A DNA stretch of 45,972 nucleotides from a virus (Duplodnaviria > Caudoviricetes), in IMG/VR virus record IMGVR_UViG_3300048852_000126, positions 1 to 45,972 of that record; one strand, given 5' to 3'. A model generated the notes under the pieces. It was not told the origin of the DNA. It saw only the letters and a list, made by a program, of their open reading frames with translations, and ran no database searches. The position numbers were made by a program, and so were the translations under genes. Positions 18,729 to 28,628 of the stretch are shown here, piece by piece. Numbering within the stretch: position 1 is the stretch's first letter; each line of letters opens with the position of its first letter.

Positions 18729-20122
18729 CAGACTTCCGCGACCCCCTCGCCGCCAGTCTGGCCTTCCTCGCCCGTCTCCAGATCGGTCGGATCGGGCTCT
18801 ACCTCGCCAAGCTCTTCGTCGGCTTCGGCTATCCCCTGCTCCAGCCCAGGCCAGCGCCCGCTCTCGATCATCCGATTGGCTACGGACTTGGCGAGCGCCG
18901 ATGCCGGGACAAGCCCCGTCATGGCGTAGATGTTGGTGGTCTCGGCCTCCATCTTGTCGACTTCGGCCTGTTCCTTCTCCGTCGGCTGCCAGAGCGGGTT
19001 CCAGTCGTACCAGACCGATTCCGGCCGGGTGCCGATACCAGAGCGGATCAGCATCTCGTCGAGCGGCGCGAGCGCGGGAGAAAGCGTCAGCTCCTGCTTG
19101 GACTTAACGTTGTCGTAGTAATTCCGGAGGTCGCCCTCGCCCGTGGCGTTCAGCCCTTTGGCGCTGGTGCCGATCAACCTCGTGACTGGGATATCCGCCG
19201 CGCCCGACAGAATCGTCAGCAGCGTGGTCATGACATCGGGCAAGCCGGCCCATGTGACCTGTTTCTGCTCCCACTCGTCTTCCTTGTCGAGGAGAAGGAC
19301 ATTCGCCACGCTCTTCAGCATGGCGGCCATACGATAGCGCTGGAGCAGAACCGATTCATATTCGACCGATGCCATGCCCGTCATCAGGTTCGGCTGCCTG
19401 ACGACGTCGATCTTGGCTTCCTGCATCAGCGCGCCGATCACCGCGGCGCCGGCATCCGCATTCCTGACCGCATCGGCGAGGTGCAGCCATACACTATCGC
19501 CCCAGACATCGTTGCCGCCGAGCCGCGACGGAACCTTGCGGCCATTGACCAGGATGACGCGCGAGGGGTGGAGCGTGATCTGTTGTGCCCCGGCCCCGTT
19601 CAGGATCCAACGCTCAGGCTGTCCATAGAACTCGCTGAGCGGATCGCGGATGATTCCCTCCGGCTGCACGTCGTCAAAGCGATGCAGGACGGTCAGGAAC
19701 TTGACGGCGCCTTTGTTTACACGGTCGATCGGCAGAGGCTGCTCCGGGTCACCAGGAAGGCCGCCCGGAATGATGACCGCGCCACCATAGAGCCGGGCCC
19801 AGATCAGTGCCTGCCGCACCTTCTGCTTGATCTGCAGGCGCTTCTCTTCCGCCTCGATTGCCTCGATCTGGTCTTGCTCCGCCTGCCAGGACCGCCAGCC
19901 ACGCGTTGCATCGTCGGCCGGGATGTCGACGATCTTCCCGAACCATGTCGAGACACGATAGGCGTTCTCGAGCTCGACTTGGCTGCACTCCATCACATAG
20001 GAGTTGGCCGCCATCTTGGGATTGCCGGCACCCAAACCAGCCAGGAAGTTGGCAAAGCCGTCCGCGAATGTGACCACGCCATCCGTTGTGACCCGGACGC
20101 GCGGCTTTGTGATCTCATTCAT
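18728..20122 (-). CDS. Portal protein (DUF1073 family)
   Basis: MNEITKP... coupled to terL stop; 'WARLYGGA', 'DIPVTRLIG..AKGLNATGEGDLRNYYD'. Confidence 0.9.
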   Translation of the reverse strand: MNEITKPRVRVTTDGVVTFADGFANFLAGLGAGNPKMAANSYVMECSQVELENAYRVSTWFGKIVDIPADDATRGWRSWQAEQDQIEAIEAEEKRLQIKQKVRQALIWARLYGGAVIIPGGLPGDPEQPLPIDRVNKGAVKFLTVLHRFDDVQPEGIIRDPLSEFYGQPERWILNGAGAQQITLHPSRVILVNGRKVPSRLGGNDVWGDSVWLHLADAVRNADAGAAVIGALMQEAKIDVVRQPNLMTGMASVEYESVLLQRYRMAAMLKSVANVLLLDKEDEWEQKQVTWAGLPDVMTTLLTILSGAADIPVTRLIGTSAKGLNATGEGDLRNYYDNVKSKQELTLSPALAPLDEMLIRSGIGTRPESVWYDWNPLWQPTEKEQAEVDKMEAETTNIYAMTGLVPASALAKSVANRMIESGRWPGLEQGIAEADEELGEVEPDPTDLETGEEGQTGGEGVAEV

Positions 20123-21666
20123 GCGAACGCCTTCTGCATGTCGGATAAGGTGTAACCGGTGCCCAGCGCTAGCTCGTTCAGAGCATCGGCAAAGGCATCG
20201 ACCTGATCGTCGAATTGTCCGTTCGGGAAGGAGCAAAGCTCATCGAGGAAAGGCTCATTCCATGGCGCGCGGATCAGTTTTACATTCCCCGCTTCGGCCT
20301 GCGCGGATGCCGGCCGTGCGCGGGTCGCCTTGTCGCCCGTGATGGGCATCACCTTCACCGAGTATCCGGCGAGCAGCTTCACCTTCGTCTCGGCGTCGGA
20401 CTTACCGGCCGCGCCAGGATCCTGCGGCATGCGGATTGTGACCGCGAGGCCATCCTGAGACGCTGCATTCTTCAGGTTCTTCTCGACGTCAGAAGCGGAC
20501 CACCGATCCCGGCGCACGTCCTCGACGTAGAAGGTGCCGTTGACGTAAGCCATCTTGAGGCCGACGGTCCAATCCGGCTGCTTGCCCGGTTTTGGCTTGG
20601 AGGCCGCGAAGTCCCATGCCCTGCATCGCTTCGCTCCGGCCGGAACCGCGTCGACGATCTGGAAATCGCCACGCTGGAACATACCGCCCGAGCGAGGTGC
20701 TGGGCGCTGCTGGAACTGGCCCGCCACGGCGTAGGAGCCCAGCGGGATCTTGTCTCGCTCGACCACATGGCGCGGGAAGCGCTCGGGAAAGAGCAGTTCA
20801 CCGTCTTCATTCCTCGGGTCGACAAAGCCGATCTTGGTCCGGCACTGGCGTTCCGGCTCATACTCCATCGGGAGCATCAGATGCTCGTATCCCAGGCCAA
20901 GCGACAGGATGGACCCTGAAACGTCCCCCTCGTGCAGGCGCTGCATGATGACGATGATCGCCGAGCGTTCCGGATCGTTTAGGCGGGTCGGTACCGATTC
21001 CCTGAACGTCCGAACCGTCGATAGCCGGTCAGCTTCACTCTCAGCGCCATCGACCGAATGCGGGTCGTCGATGATCACCCTGTCACCACGGCCGCCGGTT
21101 AGGCGCGAGAACGGAACGCCCTGGCGAAAACCGGTCCTCGTGTTGGCGAAGGCCATCTCGCCGCGGCGCGTCAACTGGACCGTGTCGCCCCAGAGCGCCT
21201 GATACCAGTCCGAATCGACCAGATCGCGCATTCGGCGATTGTCGCGCTTGGCGTAGTCCTCGGAGTAGGACGAGCCGAGGATACGCAGCGACGGCCGCGC
21301 AATCGGCCCCCATTCCCATGCCGGCCAGAACACACCCGTGATGAGCGATTTCATCGTACCTGGCGGCACGTTGATCAGGAGGCGGATGATCTCGCCGTTG
21401 GTGACCGCCTCAAGGTGCTCGCAGATCGCGTCGATATGCCAGCCATGGACGTAGGTGATCGACGGCTCGACGACGTGCCAGGCCTCGCGGATGAACCCCG
21501 ACAGGGTTTGACACTTCGCTCGAATGCGTTCGGCATCCTTGGCAACGCGCTCCCTTTCAGCCTCCGCTGCCCGCCTCGCCTTCTCCTCCCTGATCAGGCG
21601 CATCATCGTCGCCGGATCCGGCAAGCGGACCGAAGATAGCTTCGAGTTGAGCGAGCTCATCACCAC
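20119..21666 (-). CDS. terL: Terminase large subunit (start may be 21660 or 21606)
   Basis: 'INVPPGTMKS' Walker A, 'VIIDDPH' Walker B, nuclease 'RAWDFA...DDQVDA'. Confidence 0.93.
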   Translation of the reverse strand: MVMSSLNSKLSSVRLPDPATMMRLIREEKARRAAEAERERVAKDAERIRAKCQTLSGFIREAWHVVEPSITYVHGWHIDAICEHLEAVTNGEIIRLLINVPPGTMKSLITGVFWPAWEWGPIARPSLRILGSSYSEDYAKRDNRRMRDLVDSDWYQALWGDTVQLTRRGEMAFANTRTGFRQGVPFSRLTGGRGDRVIIDDPHSVDGAESEADRLSTVRTFRESVPTRLNDPERSAIIVIMQRLHEGDVSGSILSLGLGYEHLMLPMEYEPERQCRTKIGFVDPRNEDGELLFPERFPRHVVERDKIPLGSYAVAGQFQQRPAPRSGGMFQRGDFQIVDAVPAGAKRCRAWDFAASKPKPGKQPDWTVGLKMAYVNGTFYVEDVRRDRWSASDVEKNLKNAASQDGLAVTIRMPQDPGAAGKSDAETKVKLLAGYSVKVMPITGDKATRARPASAQAEAGNVKLIRAPWNEPFLDELCSFPNGQFDDQVDAFADALNELALGTGYTLSDMQKAFA

Positions 21667-22042
21667 TTAGTTTTGTGAGGTCGACGGTCTGGATCGGACC
21701 ACCATTGCGGCCGGTGTGTTCGCGCTTCTCGATAAGGAGCCCGGTCAGCTTCGCCTTGCCCATGGTCGCGGAGACGGCAGCGCTTGACTGTTTCTCGTTC
21801 ATCGCCAGCGATCGAGCCTCTTCGAGCTCGTTCAGCAGGCTTTCGAGCGTGACTTCAGCCTTTTTCGCCGCCCTGCCCTGCAGCTCCGCGACGCGTTGCG
21901 CAACGTTGACATTTGTTGACAACCGGGAAGCGGCGGTCCGGTCACCCTTGTAGCCCGCAGTTGCGTATGCTTCCGTTGCATTCATGCCCTTCGATAGGGC
22001 TTGGGCGAACTTTTCATGACGGGCATTGGGGAGGACTGGCAT
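21557..22042 (-). CDS. terS: Terminase small subunit
   Basis: 'LPNARHEKFAQ...AYATAGY...AASRL' HTH; 'EHTGRNGGPI'; precedes terL. Confidence 0.85.
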   Translation of the reverse strand: MPVLPNARHEKFAQALSKGMNATEAYATAGYKGDRTAASRLSTNVNVAQRVAELQGRAAKKAEVTLESLLNELEEARSLAMNEKQSSAAVSATMGKAKLTGLLIEKREHTGRNGGPIQTVDLTKLSGDELAQLEAIFGPLAGSGDDDAPDQGGEGEAGSGG

Positions 22043-22400
22043 GGCGGACTATCGCGAAATCTCTCAAGAGTACGCGCGGGGTGGGATCAAGGCTGTCATT
22101 CTCCTGAACGGAGGGGCTGCAGTGGCGGTGCTGTCCCAGATCGGCGGCCTTCCGCCTCACATTGCCACGTCCGCAGCGAACTCAATGATGCTATGGGCCA
22201 TCGGCACGGCCCTGGGCGCGATTGGATGGATAATGGCGTTCTACTCGACCCGCTACGTCGACAAGTGGCAGGATGAACAGGACGATCGACACAGAAAGAC
22301 GTCGAACCTATTCCAGGTCCTCGGCCTGATCTGTGTTGGCGCCTCCGTGGCACTCTTCTTGATTGGGTCCATCTGCTTGGCCGCTGCGTTTAGGCCTTAG
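22041..22400 (+). CDS. Antisense accessory integral membrane protein (about 3 TM)
   Basis: GGGGAGG RBS 6 nt before ATG; three hydrophobic segments. Confidence 0.75.
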   Translation: MADYREISQEYARGGIKAVILLNGGAAVAVLSQIGGLPPHIATSAANSMMLWAIGTALGAIGWIMAFYSTRYVDKWQDEQDDRHRKTSNLFQVLGLICVGASVALFLIGSICLAAAFRP

Positions 22401-22422
22401 CCTAGGCCGCCCGCCGTCCTGA

Positions 22423-22635
22423 TCACTTGATCCGCTCTCGGACTTCCTTGCTGTTCTCAAGGCGGAGAACGCCGATGAACAGCCTATGCCCGAAGCTGAC
22501 CCCCCACGAGCCTTTGCCAATGCTGTGGGTCATCCATCGGCGCAACGTCTGACGATCGGGGTGCTTGCCGTAGCTCATCGTCCCGACGTCGAACCGGAGT
22601 TGCCCCGGTCGCAAGCCGCCGAAATGGAACTTCAT
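22423..22635 (-). CDS. Hypothetical phage protein
   Basis: ATGA-coupled, GAGG RBS, 70 aa. Confidence 0.6.
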   Translation of the reverse strand: MKFHFGGLRPGQLRFDVGTMSYGKHPDRQTLRRWMTHSIGKGSWGVSFGHRLFIGVLRLENSKEVRERIK

Positions 22636-23279
22636 GCCGCCTCTTTCTTCCGCTTGGCGGCTTCGCGTTGCTTGCGGCGACGCTCGTTGCGCTTTTGCGC
22701 CCAGCTGAAATCGAGTGCGCCGCTGCTGTGTTTCAGGGAGTATGGATCACCGCGCCATGCGTCTCCGATCCTGCCGTCAACATCGTCCATTTCGGGGGTG
22801 CCGAACAACCCCTCTTCTGGCGCGTTATTGCAATTCTGCACATCGCTGCGAACGAGTTGTGCAAGAATTCGCGCGATCGCGGCATCTTTTCGCTTTCTCC
22901 CGGTCTTTTCCGAGATTTTCTCGCACTGGCACCAGTCCTTGAAAAATCGCCGCTTATTGTCGACCATGCAATCCACCCAGACGGCAAGCGCCCTCCTGTG
23001 ATCCTCATTCTCGACCAGGGCGTACCAGCCCACCGCCTCCTCGGCCTCGCTAATTTGAGCCGGGGTCGGGCGCCGGAAAACGCTTTCCTGGAACTCGCGC
23101 TCATCTTGTTTCAGGCGCTCCTTCCCCCAGCCGTTCTTGTCCGCCCAATCGTGGACGTAGGGGAGCGCCATCGCCCGGACATAGCCTGGCCCTCGGCCCG
23201 GACCAACGTTGGCGAATGCCGCGGCGCCCTCGATCTCGGCCGCAAGGATGAGGCGTTCGGTGATTTCGACTTCGTTCAT
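22632..23279 (-). CDS. Putative late-gene regulator (DUF6362-like)
   Basis: 'RPTPAQISEAEEAVGW...' with C-terminal HTH-like segment; Q-like position before terminases. Confidence 0.6.
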   Translation of the reverse strand: MNEVEITERLILAAEIEGAAAFANVGPGRGPGYVRAMALPYVHDWADKNGWGKERLKQDEREFQESVFRRPTPAQISEAEEAVGWYALVENEDHRRALAVWVDCMVDNKRRFFKDWCQCEKISEKTGRKRKDAAIARILAQLVRSDVQNCNNAPEEGLFGTPEMDDVDGRIGDAWRGDPYSLKHSSGALDFSWAQKRNERRRKQREAAKRKKEAA

Positions 23280-23713
23280 AGCCCTGCCCGCTCCAATAAG
23301 TCTGGATGATCGCGATGGAACCGCTCATAGAGATGCTGATTGATGACGCCGGCGAGCGCGGCACGCTGGTTGACGAACCCGCTCAGCCGCTGTTGCACCT
23401 CCCACTGCCGGCGACCGACAGGGAGGGTGTCCCACACCTGAAACCATGCCTCGGGATCGGCCTGCAGTTCATCCCAATAGGCTCGGATCAGATCCGATGC
23501 CGCCCATAGCCCGGTTTCGTCGATCAGCATCTTGTTGTTCGAGGTCTCGGCGAGCGTCCGCAGCACCCACCGGGCATGATCCTCGCCATGCCGCCGAAGT
23601 ATGCGCTGGATCGTTTTCGCGGCACGCGTCTGGCCAAGCTCGGGGTATCTGTGCCCCGGGATTATCTCTATCCCGAACTCATCGCAGAGGGCCTGGACGC
23701 GCGGATCGATCAT
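23276..23713 (-). CDS. Hypothetical phage protein
   Basis: MIDPRVQALCDEFG...; GAGG RBS. Confidence 0.7.
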   Translation of the reverse strand: MIDPRVQALCDEFGIEIIPGHRYPELGQTRAAKTIQRILRRHGEDHARWVLRTLAETSNNKMLIDETGLWAASDLIRAYWDELQADPEAWFQVWDTLPVGRRQWEVQQRLSGFVNQRAALAGVINQHLYERFHRDHPDLLERAGL

Positions 23714-23720
23714 GCGGCCC

Positions 23721-24053
23721 TCACACACTCTCGCCTATCGGCATAAGCCGGTATCCGATTGCGCCCTTCCCCGGCTTGTTCTTTGGAATGGTCCAGCCAT
23801 AGGGCTCAATCTTCGGGCGGATCTCGGCAATGCAGGACGTGATGACATTGGCCGCATAGAGCGGGCCGCCGTCCCGGTCGTGCCGGTAGACCACCTCAAC
23901 AAGGTCAGGCCCGGATACATAGCGGGGATAGGCCTTGGAGAGGCATTCGATGATTGCGCGACCACGATAACTGAGTGGCACCGCGGCAAGCGCTTCTTTC
24001 GGGGCATGATGAGCCAGGGGCTGGCCACAGGCGGGGCAAACGTGAAGCGTCAT
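23721..24053 (-). CDS. Winged-helix DNA-binding protein with N-terminal CxxC
   Basis: 'CPACGQ' then OmpR C-terminal-like 'IAEIRPKIEPYGW...GYRL'. Confidence 0.65.
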   Translation of the reverse strand: MTLHVCPACGQPLAHHAPKEALAAVPLSYRGRAIIECLSKAYPRYVSGPDLVEVVYRHDRDGGPLYAANVITSCIAEIRPKIEPYGWTIPKNKPGKGAIGYRLMPIGESV

Positions 24054-24337
24054 GCCCGCTTCTTCCTACTTTCGAAGACGACCGGCTTCTTACCGAGGCG
24101 GAAAATCTTGTTGGCCTCGATGCGCGCAGCCTCCGCCTTCTCGCCGAAACCACGGATCGTGCCATTCATGTGTCGCTCCTGAGCTCGGAGAGCGGCTATC
24201 TCGGCTTCTGCCTTTGTTGGGTATCGAGCCGGCTTCTCGCCATCCATGACGGGCCAATAGTCGGCCTTGTGGCTGTAGCGGACCATCGCTCGCCAAGCCC
24301 CGTTGATCCATTCGGCCTTTGCGTGGAAATGATTCAT
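24050..24337 (-). CDS. Hypothetical phage protein
   Basis: ATGA-coupled on both sides, 95 aa. Confidence 0.7.
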   Translation of the reverse strand: MNHFHAKAEWINGAWRAMVRYSHKADYWPVMDGEKPARYPTKAEAEIAALRAQERHMNGTIRGFGEKAEAARIEANKIFRLGKKPVVFESRKKRA

Positions 24338-25242
24338 GCCCGCGCCTTCCTGATCGTCTCAGCCAAGAGCTTTTGCACGGCGAATATGCCTGCGCTCATA
24401 TGCATGTCGTTGATGTCTCCTGGTTCAGGCGGCAGCGCATACGGCTTGGCCGCCACGCGCGCCCAATGCTCGCCGGTGCCGAGGCCGCCGAACTGCTCCA
24501 TGGGTTTGTCGTGATCGGCCGCGATGTAGCAGCGCCCATCGATCCGCTTGGCTACCGCCGCGACATTCGATGCTGAGAAGCAACACAGAACGGTGTCGGC
24601 TCGATTGAGCGATTTCAGCGAGGATCGGAGAGATAGCCCGGTCGCATATCCTTCGCAAAGCCACGTATCGGCACCCTTGGCGATGCGATGGCATGAACCG
24701 CTGATTTCGCCACCCGCAAGGAACTTCTTTGTTCCGTCTTCCCAGATGAGTTGCACGCTGGTGATGCGCTGTCCCATCCGCGCCGGCATGACAACGGCCC
24801 GCTCGCCAGCGATAAGGTATTCGCCGCCGATCCGGCGAACCGTGCTCGAATCGACCACGAGCGCCTTTTCAGACGCGAAACCTTTGGCCGCTAGATATGG
24901 ATGGGATTTGAGCGTGGCGGTTTCGACGATCGCCGACGCAATTCTCGCAGCTTCATCTGTCCGACGCTTCTGCTCCGCGTCGTCCTTCGCCTTGCGTTCG
25001 GCGAACTGGCGCTTTTCGACCGGCGACAGGCTGTCCCGATCCTTCAGCCAGATCGTTGCACTCTGCCCCAGTTTCCAGTTGAAGGCCGTCACCTTCAGGT
25101 CGTCGACGTTGACCCGGCCGTCCCCCTTTCCCGACTTGCCGTCGAGCGTGTCGCATTTCGCCCACCTCCCCGGCTGGTATGCCCTCGGCGGCTTGATGCC
25201 GACCGAGGCGCAGGCCTGTTCGATCGCTTCGTTGACGTTCAT
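24334..25242 (-). CDS. TOPRIM-domain DNA primase
   Basis: 'HPYLAAKG', 'CEGYATG', 'AADHD', 'DINDM'. Confidence 0.85.
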   Translation of the reverse strand: MNVNEAIEQACASVGIKPPRAYQPGRWAKCDTLDGKSGKGDGRVNVDDLKVTAFNWKLGQSATIWLKDRDSLSPVEKRQFAERKAKDDAEQKRRTDEAARIASAIVETATLKSHPYLAAKGFASEKALVVDSSTVRRIGGEYLIAGERAVVMPARMGQRITSVQLIWEDGTKKFLAGGEISGSCHRIAKGADTWLCEGYATGLSLRSSLKSLNRADTVLCCFSASNVAAVAKRIDGRCYIAADHDKPMEQFGGLGTGEHWARVAAKPYALPPEPGDINDMHMSAGIFAVQKLLAETIRKARA

Positions 25243-26819
25243 GCCGCAACCCTCGAATGCTTCCTGAATCTCTTCACCTCACGCTCGATCAGCGAGTATT
25301 CGTCCGGCTGGACACGCGAGCTATCGCAAGGAGCATCGAACAAGCCGCTGGGGAGCTTGTTGTTCGGGTAGATCCCGGTCCAGATGCCGTATGCCCATTT
25401 GCGAGATGCATCCGGCCCCCGTCTGCCATTGGCGAAGCAATAGGCCAGCGCCGCGTTCCAGATCGCGCGAGGATTTCCCAAGCACTCCGCGCGAAGGCCC
25501 GCCCGCGGCTGGAATGCCTCGCGAGTGCTCATCTCGAAATCGATGATCTCGCCTTGAACGATCCGGATCTCGCCGCGCTGCGGGCGCTCCCACCCGCATG
25601 ACTGGCACGTCATGGAGTTGGCCTCCATCTTCATGCCGCAGTCGCCGCAGAACCGTTCTTTCCGCACGCGCTCGCTCGGCTCGCGAACCTCACTGTCGCG
25701 CTTCGCAGCATCGGACAGACTGTCGACGCCATATTCGAACAGCCAGGCCGTATCGTCGGCAAAGGCGATGCTGTTGCCGGAATGGTCGAGCCACAGGCCG
25801 TATTCCTTGCCTGGGGCGATACGCATCACCCGGCCCATCTCCTGAATGTGCGAGGAAAACGACTTGCGATAGGGTCGGCACGAAATGCCGATCATCACGT
25901 CGGGAACGTCGAATCCCTTGGTGAGCACAGCGCAGGACACCAGGCCATCAATGGCGCTATCCGGCTTGCGGAACTCGGCTATCTTCGCCCGACGATCATC
26001 ATCGTCGCTGTCGAGATAGCTGATCTGCTGGAAATTGTAGCCCGCGTCGGCGAATTGGCGGCACAGTTCGGCGCCATGTTTCACTGAAGGGGAGAACACG
26101 ATGGTTTTCGCAGGCCCGCCGAAGTGCTTGTGCGTCTGCTCCACCCACGTCTGCACCACGTCGCCGATGATGGTGATGCCACGCGAACCGGCCTCCTCGT
26201 CCTCATATTCCCCGGTGAATTTCTTCTTCACCCCGGTCATGTCGGGCGTGACGCAAGCCTTGATCTTGAGCGGCGTCAAAAAGCCCATCTCGAGCAGCTT
26301 GTTGACCGTTGCGCCGTTGACAACGCCATCCCAATGGTTGGCCATGCCCGCGGTGAACGGTGTTGCGGTGAGGCCGATGACTTTGGCCTTGGAGGCCTTC
26401 TCGACGAGCTCGACGATCGACTTATAGACGGCGTGGCACTCGTCCCACACGATCAGGTCGGGCAGCCTGTCGATCTTTCGCCGCGCGAGCGTCTGTGCAC
26501 TGGCGATCTGGACGGGCTTGGAAGAGTCCGTCAGCCAGTGGTCGGCCTGGATCACGCCATGATCGATCCCGTATTGGGCAAACCGCTCGCTCGTCTGGTC
26601 GATCAGGGAAACACGGTCCACGATGAACCATGCGGTCGCGCCCTTCTCCTGGCTTTGCTGAATGATGTGCGCCGAGGTCTCGGTCTTTCCGAATGCTGTC
26701 GGCGCAACGAGGATTTGCCGGCGCCTGCCCTGCCTGATGCCTTCGCGGAGCGCTTCTTCAGCGTCGACCTGATAGGGGCGAAGGTTGATAGCCTGCGGTT
26801 GTGGGGAAAAGAGGTTCAT
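25239..26819 (-). CDS. SF2 DEAD/DEAH-box helicase with Zn ribbon
   Basis: 'LRPYQ', 'APTAFGKT', 'DECH', 'TAT', 'QEMGRVMR', CxxC..CxxC. Confidence 0.92.
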   Translation of the reverse strand: MNLFSPQPQAINLRPYQVDAEEALREGIRQGRRRQILVAPTAFGKTETSAHIIQQSQEKGATAWFIVDRVSLIDQTSERFAQYGIDHGVIQADHWLTDSSKPVQIASAQTLARRKIDRLPDLIVWDECHAVYKSIVELVEKASKAKVIGLTATPFTAGMANHWDGVVNGATVNKLLEMGFLTPLKIKACVTPDMTGVKKKFTGEYEDEEAGSRGITIIGDVVQTWVEQTHKHFGGPAKTIVFSPSVKHGAELCRQFADAGYNFQQISYLDSDDDDRRAKIAEFRKPDSAIDGLVSCAVLTKGFDVPDVMIGISCRPYRKSFSSHIQEMGRVMRIAPGKEYGLWLDHSGNSIAFADDTAWLFEYGVDSLSDAAKRDSEVREPSERVRKERFCGDCGMKMEANSMTCQSCGWERPQRGEIRIVQGEIIDFEMSTREAFQPRAGLRAECLGNPRAIWNAALAYCFANGRRGPDASRKWAYGIWTGIYPNNKLPSGLFDAPCDSSRVQPDEYSLIEREVKRFRKHSRVAA

Positions 26820-27886
26820 GCTGCCACCTCGACAGGCTTCTCAGGTCCGAAGATCCGACGCCGCGCAATCTCGGCATACTCCGGGTTCAGTTCGATAAGG
26901 ATGCTGTCGCGGTTCAGCGCCTCCGCCACCAAGCCAACCGTGCCGGCGCCTCCAAACGGATCAAGCACCGTGCCGGGCACTCGTTCGAAGGCGGAGCAGA
27001 GCGGCCCGCAGCCGCTCGGGGCACCACAGCAGCCGCATACTGTGACTGGCGTGCCTGCCTTGATGCACCGCTCGGCGAGCATCGGCGGGAAGGTGGCGAA
27101 GTGCGCTTCGCGGAAAGCCTTGGGCGCGATCGACCAGACGTTGCGAGCGTTTCGGGTTTCGACGATGCGCGCCGTGCCTTCAGCGAACGACTTTTTCGAC
27201 TTTATGTTCGGGTCTTTTTCGTCCGCGAATTTGCGGACCACTGCCTTCATAGGTCTGTCAGGCCGTGTCCCGCCATTCGCTCTCTTCGAACCCGCTTGAG
27301 CGCTGACGTTCTGCGCCATCCGCGCATGGGTGTTAGGACTACAGGGCTCACGAATTGCCTCGTGGTCATAGAAGTAGTCTTCGCCCTTAGTGAGGAGCCA
27401 CACCTTCTCATGCGCGACGGTCGGTCGGTCATAGACGCTTTCCGGCATGGGATTCGGTTTGTGCCAGATGATCTCGCTTCGTACCCACCAGCCGTCTTCC
27501 TGCAGCGCGATCGCCAGCCGGTTCGGGATCATGCAGAGATCTTTGGGCTTCAACACGCCGCCGACGGTCGAGAACGGCTTATCGCGGAACGTCCGATCAT
27601 CGTTCTGTACATCTGCAGCCGCGCGGCCATTCGGCGACGTCGCGTAGCAGTCGCCATAGTTGAGCCAGAGCGTGCCCTGCTGCTTCAGTACCCGGCGGAC
27701 CTCGCGGAACACGCGAACCATGACATCCAGGTGTTCGCCCAGCGTCGGCTCTAGACCGATCTGGCCGGCGACGCCGTAGTCGCGCAGGCCCCAATAGGGC
27801 GGCGACGTCACCACACAGTCGACGCTGCTGGATGGCAGTTCCTTCAGTCTGTCGAACACGTCGCCGATGAGGATCTGAGCAGTCAT
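26816..27886 (-). CDS. DNA methyltransferase, beta-class N4-C/N6-A
   Basis: 'VVTSPPY' motif IV precedes 'HFATFP' and 'VLDPFGGAGT' motif I. Confidence 0.92.
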   Translation of the reverse strand: MTAQILIGDVFDRLKELPSSSVDCVVTSPPYWGLRDYGVAGQIGLEPTLGEHLDVMVRVFREVRRVLKQQGTLWLNYGDCYATSPNGRAAADVQNDDRTFRDKPFSTVGGVLKPKDLCMIPNRLAIALQEDGWWVRSEIIWHKPNPMPESVYDRPTVAHEKVWLLTKGEDYFYDHEAIREPCSPNTHARMAQNVSAQAGSKRANGGTRPDRPMKAVVRKFADEKDPNIKSKKSFAEGTARIVETRNARNVWSIAPKAFREAHFATFPPMLAERCIKAGTPVTVCGCCGAPSGCGPLCSAFERVPGTVLDPFGGAGTVGLVAEALNRDSILIELNPEYAEIARRRIFGPEKPVEVAA

Positions 27887-27987
27887 CGCGCGCCCCCGAT
27901 CACGGCGACCAAGATCACGCTGCCAGTGACAGACGCGGCCAGGAGGCAGGCAAACCAGCGCTTCTGAGAGGTGGTGAGGGAGTTCAT
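27883..27987 (-). CDS. 34-aa single-TM small protein
   Basis: MNSLTTSQKRWFACLLAASVTGSVILVAVIGGAR; ATGA-coupled on both sides. Confidence 0.6.
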   Translation of the reverse strand: MNSLTTSQKRWFACLLAASVTGSVILVAVIGGAR

Positions 27988-28628
27988 GCCGCGAACCTCG
28001 CGAAGAGATCGCCCTGCGCGGGCAGCTCACCCCATTGATCGGCCATGGCCTCGGCGATGCCAGAGAAGAACCGGGAGCGCTCTTTGCGCCGATCCGGGCC
28101 GGGCGACATGCGGTGCACGCGAGCGGTTCGACCATCGACCACATTGGTCGGCACCAGCGGCGGCAAGCCCCGAAGCCAGAAGCAAGTGCGCTTCACCTCG
28201 CCATGGCCGAACTGCCAAGGCTGAACCGATTGCGCGGGCTCGACGTAGTTCTCGATCAGGGCCTTGGCATGCCGGTGCATCACAGGGTTTTCGACGCACA
28301 CGCGATCGACGGGAGCATTCCAGAATGCAGAGAAGAGCTCCGCCCCCTCCCGAAGCTCGTCCCATAGCTCTTCGGCCGTCCGGCCCCGTGGCGGTGTCGA
28401 CAACCAGCGGACGCCAGAATTGCAGAGTCGCGTGCAAGGCGGGTGAGCAACGATGAGCAGGTCCCACCCGTCATCAAGTAGATCGCGGGCGTCGCTAACG
28501 ATGTGCCGGTTGCTCCGATCTTCGGCCGGCAGCAGGTCACAAGACCATGCATCATGCCCTCGCGCGGCAAACGCACGACGGACAATCCCTGAAAACTCAC
28601 ATGCGACGAGGACGCGATGACTTTTCAT
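27984..28628 (-). CDS. Short C5 DNA cytosine methyltransferase-like protein
   Basis: 'VLVACEFSG' SAM motif variant, 'HPPCT' catalytic PC, 'ENPV'. Confidence 0.75.
   Translation of the reverse strand: MKSHRVLVACEFSGIVRRAFAARGHDAWSCDLLPAEDRSNRHIVSDARDLLDDGWDLLIVAHPPCTRLCNSGVRWLSTPPRGRTAEELWDELREGAELFSAFWNAPVDRVCVENPVMHRHAKALIENYVEPAQSVQPWQFGHGEVKRTCFWLRGLPPLVPTNVVDGRTARVHRMSPGPDRRKERSRFFSGIAEAMADQWGELPAQGDLFARFAA

Noticed and set aside
18728-20122. Anti-CBASS Acb1 interpretation of the DUF1073 protein
   Set aside because: Size and position fit a portal; no appended 2H phosphoesterase domain is evident
18515-20155. 546-aa plus-strand ORF
   Set aside because: Antisense shadow of the portal gene in GC-rich DNA; no motifs
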